64,000 bases of DNA from the human T2T-CHM13v2.0 reference genome, Homo sapiens (GCF_009914755.1 NC_060937.1), one strand, 5' to 3'; shown: positions 27,825 to 39,590, counted from the stretch's first letter. Translations and numbers: made by a program. Notes: generated by a model not told the origin, from the sequence alone.

Positions 27825-28040
27825 CCAGTCCTGAGCCAGGCTGCTAGGATTCAAACCCTTTCATGGCCCCTGGCTGGCTGTGGCATTCAGGGTTGTCACT
27901 TCTCTGGAGTGAGGTCTCTTGAGCAGAAACATGAGCACATGTAACATAATACCTTCCTCACAGCATTGTTGTAAGGAGTAAATGAGAGAATGCTTGCAAA
28001 ATGCTGTTGGGTAATTAATACAAAGTAGCTGTTATTATTA
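27825..28040 (+). mobile_element. MIR fragment
   Basis: gagccaggctgctaggattcaaacc ... ataccttcctcacagcattgttgtaaggagtaaatgag. Confidence 0.75.
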
Positions 28041-28253
28041 CCAAAATGACATAGAAATGTTGCTGCCTCCCTGCCCATAGGAAAAAACTGGGGGAGCAAA
28101 TCAACTTGTGACTTGCAAGAAACCTCAAATAATAGCACCAAATAAAGAAGGCTGATGTACACAATTTGCCAACAGTGGAGGGCATTGCGACAAAAACCGC
28201 CCGACAGGAAGGCCGAGGCTGTCACATCCCATTACTCTGGAGCTGTGACTTCA

Positions 28254-28265
28254 TGCTGACTCAGC
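28254..28265. promoter_or_regulatory. Candidate MARE/ARE (Maf/NRF2/AP-1) site
   Basis: TGCTGACTCAGC is 12 of 13 nt of the T-MARE consensus TGCTGACTCAGCA, in unique sequence; motif match only. Confidence 0.4.
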
Positions 28266-29289
28266 CAAAGGCAGGCAGTAATCACAGCCAAGTTTATATG
28301 CTCAGAATTGATGTGGCCATATTTCCACATTCTCAAAAGCAAAGCCAAGAGAAAACGGCGATCAGAAAGTTTTTATGGGCCTCATCATGAAATGGTGACA
28401 GCTCCAGCTTATTGATTTGCCTTTAGTTAACCTCTGTAATTCGAAGTGATCACCCTGCCAAAAATGAAGGTTTATCAAGGGAATCCTTTTTACCTTTTGG
28501 TCTTTTTGGAACAAAGACCTTGTCCGTTCTTCTTTATTCTATAGAGAGTAATTGATTTGGGTTGATGGTAAGTGTTCAGATGAGATTTCTGGAGGACATT
28601 TATCTGAGTCGTCCCAAACAATCATTATTGTTTATGTTGATGATGTTTTTGCCTCACCCATTCAGAAATGCTGCAGTACATTCATGGGCGCAGTCAAAGC
28701 AGTGTTTTCAATTATCTTTTTGTATTTCTAATTGGTAGAAATAAATTAGAAGACATGTATTTGACTACTATTCTGCACCAGCAAATCCATTTTTTTTTTA
28801 ATGATGCTAATTGTGGTTGTCATGGAAACCCTGAAAGTAGTTAGGCTGAATTGCTCAATGTATTTCTTTTTTTCTCTGTAAGTGATTATTTCTTTGGCTG
28901 ATATTGAAGTTCTTCTAGAAAGCTATTATGCATACGCTCACAAGACATTTACTCTAAGTTAAGATGCTCGATAAATCTGTTACACCAATTATATTTGTAC
29001 TGTGGTTATGAGAATCAATATGCTTGAGATGTAAACTGATCACCTAGAAAAGTGAATAAACCAGTTGGCTTGTTTTTTTATTTTATTTTCCTGAAAGTAG
29101 TGATGTAATGCCTAGATGATTTTCAAAAATATTCTGCTTGCTTTAAACTTTTGGTATTATTTAATGTCTGTGTGTATGCTTTTCAAATGTCATTTTGCTG
29201 TAACTTTTCTGAAAAATGTCAAAATTATATTGAAGAGTCATGTCTGCTTCTTGTTAATCCTGTTGGCAGATTTCAGGGGGAAAAGAGAT

Positions 29290-29510
29290 ATACATGGAGG
29301 ATATAGGCTGAGGAAGAAAGCCTCTGAGTCTAAATGGTCGTAGATAAAATACTAGATGCATCATTTATTAATTGTGCATACTTAACCTGGGTTGTAGTCT
29401 TCACATGTAAAATGAGAGTCATAACCTCATTGGGTTGTTTAAAGATGAAGCGTAACTATACATGTCATACTGCTCATATGGTGGCAGGCATATAAAAGAT
29501 GCCCTAGAAA
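29290..29510 (+). mobile_element. MIR fragment
   Basis: cttcacatgtaaaatgagagtcataacctcattgggttgtttaaagatgaag. Confidence 0.65.
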
Positions 29511-29914
29511 TTTTACTCTTGTTCCTGCCTAAGTCTCCCTAATCAACCTTCCCTTCTGCACCCTCTCACAGGGACTCACTCCTGGGTTTCTGGAATTATG
29601 TGTTTGGATTGAAGGGAGAGAATGTTTGGCTAGCAGAACCTCAATAAATTTTTAGCATCCTTACAGCATCCCCATGTTATGGGAAAAAAGCAATGTTCCG
29701 GGACAAGCCTGACCTGGAAAGAGAATCTTCACAAGGATTAAAAAAGTTCCATCACAGTAACTTCCAACCAAATACCCTCTCAAGAAATTTATTCTTCCAA
29801 AACAAATATCCTGTTGATTGGATGATTGAGTTGGGGTGGGGAGAGAGCTCTTTAGGAGCAATAGTCAATAGTTCACCCTTGCATGTGTGAGTTTTAGAAT
29901 TTGTACAACCACAC

Positions 29915-30231
29915 TTTTTTTTTTTTTTTTTTTTTTTTTTTGCAACAAGGTCCTCACTCTGTCTCTCAGGCTGGAGTGCAGTGGCAGGACCATGGTTCAC
30001 TGCAGCCTGGACCTCCTAGGCTCAAGTGATCCTCCTGCCTTAGCCTCCTAAGTAGCTGGGACCACAGGTGCATGCCACCACACCCAGCTAATTCTTAAAT
30101 TTTTTTGTAGAGATTGAGGGGGATGTTGCTATGTTGCCCAGGCTGATGTCAAACTCTTGGCCTCAAAGTGATCCCTCTACCCTGGCCTCCCAAAGTGCTG
30201 GGATTACAGGTGTGAGCCACTGCACCCAGCC
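29915..30231 (-). mobile_element. AluJ with poly(T) tail
   Basis: T-run 29915-29941, accatggttcactgcagcctggacctcctaggctcaagtgatcctc. TSD-like aaccacac / aaccaaac. Confidence 0.95.
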
Positions 30232-31394
30232 AACCAAACATTTTTAATGCAGTAATAGAGCTACTTTCTCAGCTCATTACACCGGTACAGAATCTTTCTT
30301 CTTGGGATCATGAAGTATTGGTAGCATGTCTTTATCTTACTAAATGAGTCTTTATCTTACTAAATCTTCCCTACTACATAGTTGGTTCATATTATGAGTC
30401 TTATTTATTTTAATTAAAGTGAATATAGAGGCAAATTTATGTTTCCAACGTACCTCGTATATGCCTCAGTTATAGCACTTACCACGTGGCATTATAATTG
30501 TTTGCATATATTCATCCCCCATAGATTAAACAGTTTAGAGATGACTGCATTCTCTGAAACCAAACAAAACTAAAATTTGAAATCTTGAGTATCAAGTAAG
30601 TTAGGCTCTTCACTCATTCAGTGATTATTTAATGAGCTTCTACTATTTTCCCTGTGCTAGACTAACTGTTGGGAATTCAGGAGTGAATGTGGCAGACATG
30701 TTTCCTTCCTCATTAGGCAATGAGGCTCACATCTACTATGGCAGCGGCTAAGTGCTGTCAGCAGTGAACTTCCAGCTCTGTAGCACTTAGTGGCTCCGTA
30801 AGTGGAGCTTGGGACTGCCCAAGAGTCAAGTAAGTCTTCCTGAAGGCAACGGCTTTGAAGGAGAGAACTGAAGACACACAACTTAGAGGGTTAGGGAGAG
30901 TGTTCCAAACCGAGGGAAAAACAAATGTAAATGGACACAGAGGTCAAAAGACAGTTTCTTGAGTTCTTGTGCCTACACGTTCCTAGGGAAGGGTCTCAAC
31001 CCCTGCATGAAACATACACTGATGACATGAATTTGCTGTTTTTAAGGAGGAGATTGCATTTGTTACATAAACTGCAGCATCAGCAGCTTGGGATCTGTGT
31101 TTCTTAGGCTGAGGTGACACCACTGAGGGTCCCTGATGGTGCAGCCTTTCACGATGACTTTGCAGCAACACAGCACCCTCCCAGTGCACCCTGGAATGGA
31201 GCCCTGGGAGGGAACAAAGACACCCTCTGGGGTTTCTTTGAGATTTTTGATTTGCTTATCTCTTCCTCCAGACTTCAAACACATTTTGGTTTCTCTAGGG
31301 GTTGCTCATTCAAATGCCAAGTAGACAAGGATTTGAACTAATTATCTAATTTTAAATAAGGTGTAGTAGGGACATATAGAATTAAGGGAATTAT

Positions 31395-31590
31395 AGGAGA
31401 CAGCATGGTGTTTGGAGTCCAGTCAGAGAAATCTGGTTTTGCCTCCTGATTCCTTCTCTCAGGTCTAGGTAAACTTCAGCATGTTCTTCTTCCCATCTGT
31501 CAGGCAGGGATAGGAACACCTGCCCAGAGGGCTGCTGGAAGATGGAGTGAAAATGACACTTATTACCTGTTTAAAGTGGTGCCTGGCATC
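31395..31590 (+). mobile_element. MIR fragment
   Basis: ggagacagcatggtgtttggagtc ... ttcccatctgt ... gtggtgcctggca. Confidence 0.65.
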
Positions 31591-31684
31591 ATCCACAAGC
31601 GAGAATTAGGAAAGAGAGTAATCTTTAGAAGCCTCAGCTTCATTGCTTTTTTTTTTTTTTTTTACTGCTGTATTTTCCTTTCTT

Positions 31685-31835
31685 TTTTATTTTTTAAAGC
31701 AGCTTTATTGGAACATAATTTACATACCATCACATCCATTTTGAGTGTATAATTCAATGAATTTTAGTATATTTAGAGTTGTGTGATCAACACCACAATC
31801 TAATTTTAGGACTTTCCCATCATCCTAGAAAGAAA
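31685..31835 (-). mobile_element. L1MB/L1MC 3' end
   Basis: cagctttattggaacataatttacatacc ... gtgtataattcaatgaattttagtatatttagagttgtgtg. Confidence 0.8.
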
Positions 31836-32224
31836 ATATTTGAATTTTTTTGTGTCTATGAATTCTAAACTATGCTCAGGAAATATTCAATTTAAGGACC
31901 CAAGCTAATCATCATGTTTACTTAATAACCACAGGTTGTCATATATCATCATATTGTGATAATTATCATCAAGAATGTTAACTATTTAAGTATGTTACAA
32001 CTTTAGATAATTTACTTGTTGATATTATTAATAAATGTTAAAATGGTCTTTTTTTGGGCAAACAACAGTTAATGATGACTGGTGGTACTTATTCAAATAA
32101 ATAAAAAAAGTCTTGCCATAAAACCTTTGGGAAAAATATGTTTTTTAGTTTGTGCTGTTATGAAAAAGTAGCTAGTCAAATAATCTTGAATATATTACCA
32201 GAAACTCATTGGAAAGGGCAGAGT

Positions 32225-32470
32225 TAAGTAGAGAGGCCATGGGATTAGGCACGAGGGCTCTATAGAGCCAGAGTTCAAACCCAATTCAGCCAGTTATAGG
32301 CTGTGGAATATGAAACCAAATGCCTTAACTCTCTGGCCCACAGTCTCTTCATTTGTAAAATAGAGGTAATAGTAGGTGTCTCGTAGGGTTGCAGGAATTA
32401 ACTTATGATATATGTAAAGCCATTAGTATTGCAGCTGGCATACAGTAAGTGTTCAATAAATCACTGCTGG
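32225..32470 (+). mobile_element. MIR
   Basis: gagttcaaacccaattcagcc ... cagtctcttcatttgtaaaatagagg ... ggcatacagtaagtgttcaataaa. Confidence 0.88.
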
Positions 32471-33847
32471 AATTTTATTGAGTGTAGACTCCCAGGGAAT
32501 TGATAAAAGGGACCATTTATTAAAGTTTAAGAACACATTAGGAAAAGTAGAGAAAGAGGTTGCTTTCGTCTTAAGTAGGGAATCAAAAAAGCCCCCGCTC
32601 TGACTGGAAAATGACAGTTTTTAAAGAACTAAATAATAATAACCCTTGATGTGTATTCTTTGTGACATAGAGATAGAGCTATTGCACTGTAATCTGATTT
32701 TGTTCTTTTAGCTATGAGGAGAGGAGATGAGAGAGACCAAAGAGACAGCCGATCTTGCTAGGAGAAAGGCTCCTAGACAGACACCCTGAAGCCTTTCCTT
32801 TACTTAGGTTTATTGACACAGGGAGGGGGTCATCCATCTGCAGCTGGGCCCAAAAAATGCCAGGAATAGCCACAAAAGGCTGGAGACCATGACTGGCAGT
32901 TTGAATGTCATCCTTGCTCCTGGCTGTAGTGTGGCTGGTGCATAGTTGGGGGTGAGGATATTAACACGAAAACTAGTGGATTCAGAACAAGTGGGATGGC
33001 CTGGTTCCCAGGGGTCTTCAGGCCACATGGTCACTTGCAGGATTGAATGAAGAGGTGATATTGACTAGGGCTGATGCCCTGTGATTCTGGGGATTTTGAA
33101 CATAGGGCTTGAATAACAACTCAAATTATAGATGGGGTTGTAAATGGGAAAGACAACCACAGGAGGAGGTGAGGCAGGCTGATGCAATGACGAGAGGCCA
33201 GGAACCAGGGTCTGTGGATAGCTGGCTCTATCACTCCTAGTTGGTATTCACATCCTTTTAAAATCTGAAGGTGCTTTAATCTTTCCTGGCCCATTCTACA
33301 CCAAGGAGAGCTTTCTAAGCCCCAAGGTGTCCCAGGCTGCCAGAGAAAGTTTAGTTCCATGTGTCTGTGGTACACATTAGGAAAAGTAGAGAAAGTCACT
33401 TGTGGGACTCCTTGGTTTTCCTTCGGGTTAGAGCTGGAGTTATCTCTGAAGGCTTGATGGAAGCTGATTTCCCAAGATCCAAAAGCTTTCTTTGTCAGGG
33501 CTGGCACCAGGGCTCAGCGCTTTCTTAGACTTCTGGTTCAGCCCTGACAAGGTTTTGAAAATCAAATTAAAAAGAGACTAAATATAACTTGTAGAAAACC
33601 TAGGAGGAAGTGTGCTTACAGACCTAAACTCTAAAAGATGCAATCAAGTCCTCTGAAAACCAGATAATTGACTTTAAAAGACAAGTGTAGATGTATTAGG
33701 TGGAAGCATATTAGTTCACTTATTCTTTTTTTCACTTATTTATTTTTATACAAACATCACCGGTTTTCTATGAATGGAAGGTGGCAAATTATCTGTGTAA
33801 GAAGATTCAGGTATAATCTTCCTTCTCAATGAGTTTCTGTTCTTGAT

Positions 33848-34060
33848 CAGGGTTGGCAAACTATGCCTGGCAGGTCAAATCCTACCTGCTGACTGTGTTT
33901 GTAAATTGAGCTTTACTGGAAAACAGCCATGCCCATTTACTTACCGCTATTATAGCTGTTTTCCTGCTATAATGACAAAGTAGAGTAGTTGTAATAGGTA
34001 TGGTATAGCTTGCAAGGCCTGAAACATTTACTGTTTGGCCCTATATATAAAAAGTTTGCT
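33848..34060 (+). mobile_element. MER58A (hAT-Charlie MITE), 3' end clipped by L1
   Basis: cagggttggcaaactatg ... ttgtaaattgagctttactggaaaacagccatgcccatttac ... aaaaagtttgc. Confidence 0.88.
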
Positions 34061-34061
34061 T

Positions 34062-34201
34062 CATCAGCAAGATGAACAGATAAAGAAATGATTATATATA
34101 TATATGTAAATATATATACACACCATCATTTATTGATATTATATATCAATGTGTGTGTATATATATATATTATATATATATGTATACCATCATTGTGTGT
34201 A

Positions 34202-34240
<39 letters not shown>

Positions 34241-34522
34241 CAGGGCCTGGTGATTGAGGGGAAAATGGGGAGATGTTGTTCAGAGAGTACAAACTTTTAT
34301 TTATAAGTTTTGTAGATCTAATATATAGAATGGTGACTATAGTTAACAATACTGTATTGTATACTTAAAATTTGCTAAGAAATTAGATCTTAAATGTTCC
34401 CACCAAAAGACAAAAGACAAAAAAATAACTAGGTGAGATGATAGATGTGTTAACTAACTTAATCATGGGTGAGGTGATAAATGTGTTAACTAACTTAATT
34501 GTGGTAATCATTTCACTATATA
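34062..34522 (+). mobile_element. L1MA9/L1MA10-like 3' UTR fragment with (TA)n/(TG)n expansions and a ~37-bp internal duplication
   Basis: atggtgactatagttaacaatactgtattgtatacttaaaatttgctaaga; ggtgagrtgatarrtgtgttaactaacttaat occurs twice (~34432, ~34468). Confidence 0.85.
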
Positions 34523-34529
34523 TATACAT

Positions 34530-35105
34530 ATATATAGTGTACATATATATATACACATATATAGTGTACTATATACACGCATATATAGTGTACTATATAC
34601 ACGCATATATAGTGTACATATATACATGCATATATAGTGTACTATATACATACACATATAGTGTACTATATACATACACATATAGTGTACTATATACATA
34701 CACATATAGTGTACTATATACATACACATATAGTGTACTATATACATACACATATAGTGTACTATATACATACACATATAGTGTACTATATACATACACA
34801 TATAGTGTACTATATACATACATATATAGTGTACTATATACATACATATAGTGTACTATATACATACATAGTGTACTATATACATACATAGTGTACTATA
34901 TACATACATACATAGTGTACTATATACATACATACATAGTGTACTATATACATACATACATAGTGTACTATATACATACATACATAGTGTACTATATACA
35001 TACATACATAGTGTACTATATACATACATACATAGTGTACTATATACATACATATATAGTGTACTATATACATACATATATAGTGTACTATATACATACA
35101 TATAT
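34530..35105. repeat. AT-rich minisatellite (VNTR-like), 24 copies of core TAGTGTAC, period mostly 24 bp
   Basis: Counted 24 tagtgtac cores between 34535 and 35088; unit e.g. tagtgtactatatacatacacata, with a few 20-22-bp variants. Confidence 0.97.
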
Positions 35106-35432
35106 ATGTATATGTATATAGTGAAATGATTACCACAATTAAGTTAGTGTGTATGTATATATACACACACACACACACACATATACATATATATTTATGT
35201 ATGTCAGTAGGGTGGAAATAGAAAATGATGATGTGGCATTTTAGGCCAAGAAAGAGACTATGGAATGAACCCCCCGACCAACCACCACCACATATCTCCT
35301 GAAATCCTGAAGTGACATGAGACTGCAGAGTGTCTGACATTGTTGTATCAATATCAAATAAGAATGTAAAGACTAATCTCTAAGCCAAAGGTTTTATTTG
35401 GGAATACACAAATGATAGAATTGCAATTTGGG

Positions 35433-35860
35433 ATGTCCAACAATGATAGACTGGATTAGGAAAATGTGGCACATATACACCATGGAATACTATGCAGCCA
35501 TAAAAAATGATGAGTTCATGTCCTTTGTTGGGACATGGATGAAATTGGAAATCATCATTCTCAGTAAACTATCACAGGAACAAAAAACCAGACACCGCAT
35601 ATTCTCACTCATAGGTGGGAATTGAACAATGAGAACACATGGACACAGGAAGGGGAACATCACACTCTGGGGACTGTTGTGGGGTGGGGGGAGGGGGGAG
35701 GGATAGCACTGGGAGATATACCTAATGCTACATGACGAGTTAGTGGGTGCAGCGCACCAGCATGGCACATGTATACATATGTAACTAACCTGCACATTGT
35801 GCACATGTACCCTAAAACTTAAAGTATAATAATAATAAATAAATAAATTAAAAAAAAATA
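35433..35860 (+). mobile_element. 5'-truncated young LINE-1, L1PA2-like
   Basis: Near-consensus 3' end with gggagatatacctaatgctacatgacgagttagtgggtgcagcgcacc (GAG allele, not Ta ACA) and atgagaacacatgg; ends cttaaagtataat plus A-rich tail. Confidence 0.95.
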
Positions 35861-36720
35861 CCCTAGCACACATTCGTCATAACAAATGTCGGTTGTAATT
35901 GGAAATCCACATTAAATTTGAATATTCCCCAATAGTTTAAAAAGTAATTATAAATATTCTTATCTAGCTACATGTATTTGTTTATGTATTAGCCCATTCC
36001 CAGCAGATTTTATTTCATTCTTTCACAGTAAACAAATTCAGGGAATTTTTACTGTAAGTTTTACTTTAGTTCAAATTCAGTAAGTTTTACTGTAGTTTTC
36101 ATGTTAATGGTTTATATGGGTTAAAACTTGTACCCTCATTCTTAATTTTGTGGTACTCTATAGTCACCATATGAAAGAAATAAAGTTACTTTTGGGGAAA
36201 TTACTTGAATAAGGTCAAATGAGATCTGCAACTGTGGGATACACTTTTGTCAACATTTTAAAAGGCCAACCAGGCTTTGGTCATTGTACATTGATATGGT
36301 ATAGGCCTATGCTTTGATTATATTCATTTCAAAGCTCTGTATTAATTAGGAAATAATGGCTCATTCTGAGAGGAAATGATTATATTTGATTTTGAGAATT
36401 TTGCATTTGAGCTGATAAAATGAGATACACCAGAAAAAAGTGAAAACATGAAAATTAAGCTTCAGTGAAAGTGAAGTATAGGAAAGTTTTAAATATTTTG
36501 ATAATAGATTATATATCATATCAATATATTATATATTCCTCCCTGACCTCATTCTTGAAATCTCACCCAATCCTTGACCTTCCCTGGCAAAGATCAAAAT
36601 TGAGAAAAAGATCGGGAGTGGCGTAAGTCTCAGGAATAAAATAAGAGGGCACCTGATGTTCACATTGCTTGGTAATGAAAAATAATAAAGGCTTTTTAAA
36701 GCAGTTAAAAAAAAAAAAAA
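35861..36720 (+). other. L1-mediated 3' transduced unique sequence with terminal poly(A)
   Basis: Lies inside the TSD pair 35417-35432 / 36720-36735; AATAAA at 36684-36689; A14 at 36707-36720. Confidence 0.9.
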
Positions 36721-37404
36721 GATTTGCAATTTGGGGCACATGCCCAGACCTGGATGGCCTCTCATAAGTCCTAAGACCAAAGGGAAAGTTAGGGTTTTAT
36801 TGGGGGAAAGAGGGGGTTATGCAAGTTGTTTTGAAAGAAAATTCATTGGTTCTGGTGATGTCTTCCAGGAGCTGGTGAGCTCTGATTGGTGAGTGGTGGC
36901 ATTGCTAGGTAAAACTTGTCATCTTAAAGTCACAGCAGGCTGTTTTCTTGGAAGGGGCTTGCACAACAGTGGATCTGGTGAGTGTTTTTGTTTAAGAGGC
37001 CAACTCTCCTTGTGCTGTTGTCCATGTGTGACTCATGTAGCAATTAAGGCTTGGAAAAGTTTCTTGTAGCAGTTTTTGTTATTGGGCCAGCCCTGTGTGA
37101 GAGCCCTCCCATCATGGCCCTGGCTCCATTTTGCCAGAGTTTGACACGAGTGACTCTATTTTGATTCTGACAACTTTCACAGCTGCAACTCTTGTAAATT
37201 CAGAAGGGGCTGAGGGTGAGCTATGGAACTGGAGAGGCCTGGTGTGTGGGTGACTTCTGTGGTCCTGCCTGGAACAAAGGCCACTGAGTGAGAAATAGGT
37301 TGATTTACATCAGCAGTGGGTGGCCCTATAATACCAAGGAGGAGTTTCAGATGAGAAAGACCAATATGACAGTAGAATAGAAGCTCTAGGGACTTAATTC
37401 AGCA

Positions 37405-37650
37405 GTAAGAATAGCAGCTAACATTCTCATAACATCTACCATGGGCAAGGCACTGTTAACATCTAATAACTCATTTAGTCTTCCAAACAGCCCTGTAAGG
37501 TGGGTGACAATTATTATCATCTCCATTTGACAGAGGGTGAATCTGAAGAAAGAGAAGTAAAATAATTTGTTCAAATTTCCACCGCAGTGAAGTGACTGCT
37601 GGTATTTGAATGCAGGCAGTGTCAGGATCGTGGGCTTACCTAGTATTCCC
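37405..37650 (-). mobile_element. MIR
   Basis: aactcatttagtcttccaaacagccctgtaaggtggg ... attatcatctccatttgacagagg. Confidence 0.85.
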
Positions 37651-39049
37651 AACCACTTCTCTCAGGAAAGGGGTGAGGAGACAAGATTGAGTAGGTATCC
37701 AAGAAAGACTGAGTCAATCATGAAAGTGACTCAGTAGCAGAAATGACAACTTGAGATGCAAGTACTACGCAAAAATAGGGACATACACTTATGTATTTAC
37801 GCAGTTATATCCATGGTTGTAAAGGTTGATACCTGCTACAAATGTGAGTCCTAAATTTTCCAATCAAGTTGTATAGTGATGGCAGGATTGCTCACCTCTC
37901 ATAAACCAGAAGTCAGAGGCTTAGAGAGAGTTCACTCGGAGGAAATACCATGCTCTGAGCTTGATATTCACGGGTATACACAAATTGGGCATGTTGAGGT
38001 GAGTTAAATATGCTGCTTGTTAAATTAAAGGTGTTCACCGTGCCTTATTACATTGATCAGCTCACCTTGCCTCTTCCCAACTCTAACTTTAGAAGAGGCT
38101 GCATAGGTGGATGTGTGCTAGATTACTGAATATACTTTCTCTGGTGTTTGCTTTACATCTTATCCACATACTTAATACAAGTCCAATAGCAGCTTGCCTG
38201 TGTTTAAACCTGTACAGTGTTGATCAGTTGCACGCCATTCAGTGAACTAGGCAGGTATATGTCTGTTACAGCAAATACTGCGTTTGAATGAAGAGAACCA
38301 ATGTCTGGGGGGGGAAGTGAAAACTATCTGAAATGGGTTAGTTGCCCTAGAAAATAGAATTGGGATTCTTTGTAGAAGAATATGCCCACCTTTGGCCCTG
38401 ATCTGGGATTCCATTTAAAACAATTTTTTTCTACAGTATTATGCCAAAAAGTTTCAAAATCTATTTGGCCTTTGCCCATTCTAAAATGGACAAATAATTT
38501 TTTTCTTTTTTTTCCAGATTTTATTTGAAACCATAGATTAAAAGGATTTAAAGGAGGGCTACCTAGTTGTTCGTAAAATATGTTACTACCTTTTACCTTT
38601 TTGATACTGTAAATTTACCACGAAAGGTAAAGGAAGTCTGACAGACATTCCCAGTCATGAGGAAATTATCCTAGAGAGTTGATGAGGTGGCAAGAGAAGA
38701 AGACATTGCTATCATGGCTCACAGAATATTGCCAGAGTAGTTGATGTATCTTCTTTTCCAACCACAGCCAGTACACTTGTGGGCTTTAAAAAAATTTAAT
38801 TGTAGGTAATAGAAGAGTTTTGCCATCTAAATACATCGCTGACTTCATATTGCAAGTCAATGGAAAAACTATACTTTCTTTATAGAGATTTAATTAACAC
38901 TAAATTTAATGGAATAATTGTGTTGATAAAGCTTACTAAAGGTTATTGAGATTTATAGATATTAAGAAAGATCATACAACTTCATATAGCTCCCAAATAT
39001 TTCAAATGTGATATTCATGTAATGTCCTTAGGAATTTCTTTTTCTGGTA

Positions 39050-39590
39050 AATGTCATGTCATTTTAATTCATTACAAAATATTTTGAAATATGGAAAAAT
39101 TTTAAACTTACCTATAATTTTCTCTATAAATGAACAGTGCTAACATTTTGGTAGATGCATGTTTATTATATTTTATACAGTTGAACTCATAATATATTTT
39201 CAATTCAATATTCTGCATTTTCATAAGTAATTTTCTGAACTTTCCCCTATATTATTATAATTTGACAATTGGATTATTTCCAATTTATGCTATTAGAAAT
39301 AAAGTTAAGGTAAACATTTTTATGAATCTTTGTGTGTATTTCTGTTCATCTCTTTAGAACAGAGACCCGGAATAAATTCTCGAGTCAGAAAGATTAAGCA
39401 TTTTAAAGTTCTTAATGTAGCTTGCCAACTTTCCTTTTGAATATTTGTGATAATTTGATACTTATATTTTTAGCATTGAGTGTTACTGTTTTTCCTAATC
39501 TCTGACTATTTAATAAATACTGAATTGTATAGCTTTATTTTTCTTTTATTACTAAAGAGACTTAATTCTTTCATCTATTAGCTAATTCAT
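39050..39590 (-). mobile_element. Highly diverged L1ME-type fragment
   Basis: ggattatttccaatttatgctatta ... taaacatttttatg ... ttgccaactttcc. Confidence 0.5.

Larger units (their letters stand above)
35341..37181 (-). mobile_element. MER67/MER31-family ERV1 solo LTR split by an L1 insertion (pieces ~35341-35432 and 36720-37181)
   Basis: Ends gagtgactctattttgattctgacaactttcaca (reverse of TGTGAAAGTTGTCAGAATCAAAAT). Left piece has tttatttgggaata ... ttgcaatttggg, which continues at 36724. Confidence 0.75.

Noticed and set aside
30328-30365. 18-bp tandem duplication gtctttatcttactaaat (similar small duplications at 1-43, ~5079-5108, ~43574-43606)
   Set aside because: Ordinary slippage-type micro-duplications with no extra structure.
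34530-35105. Regularly spaced palindromic core resembling a CRISPR array, plus long ORFs on both strands
   Set aside because: The spacers are near-identical TA/CA runs rather than unique sequences, there are no cas genes and the context is mammalian. The ORFs are low-complexity translations of the repeat.
38498-38580. Strong acceptor-like ttttctttttttccag
   Set aside because: Stops in all three frames within ~25 nt and no good downstream donor.
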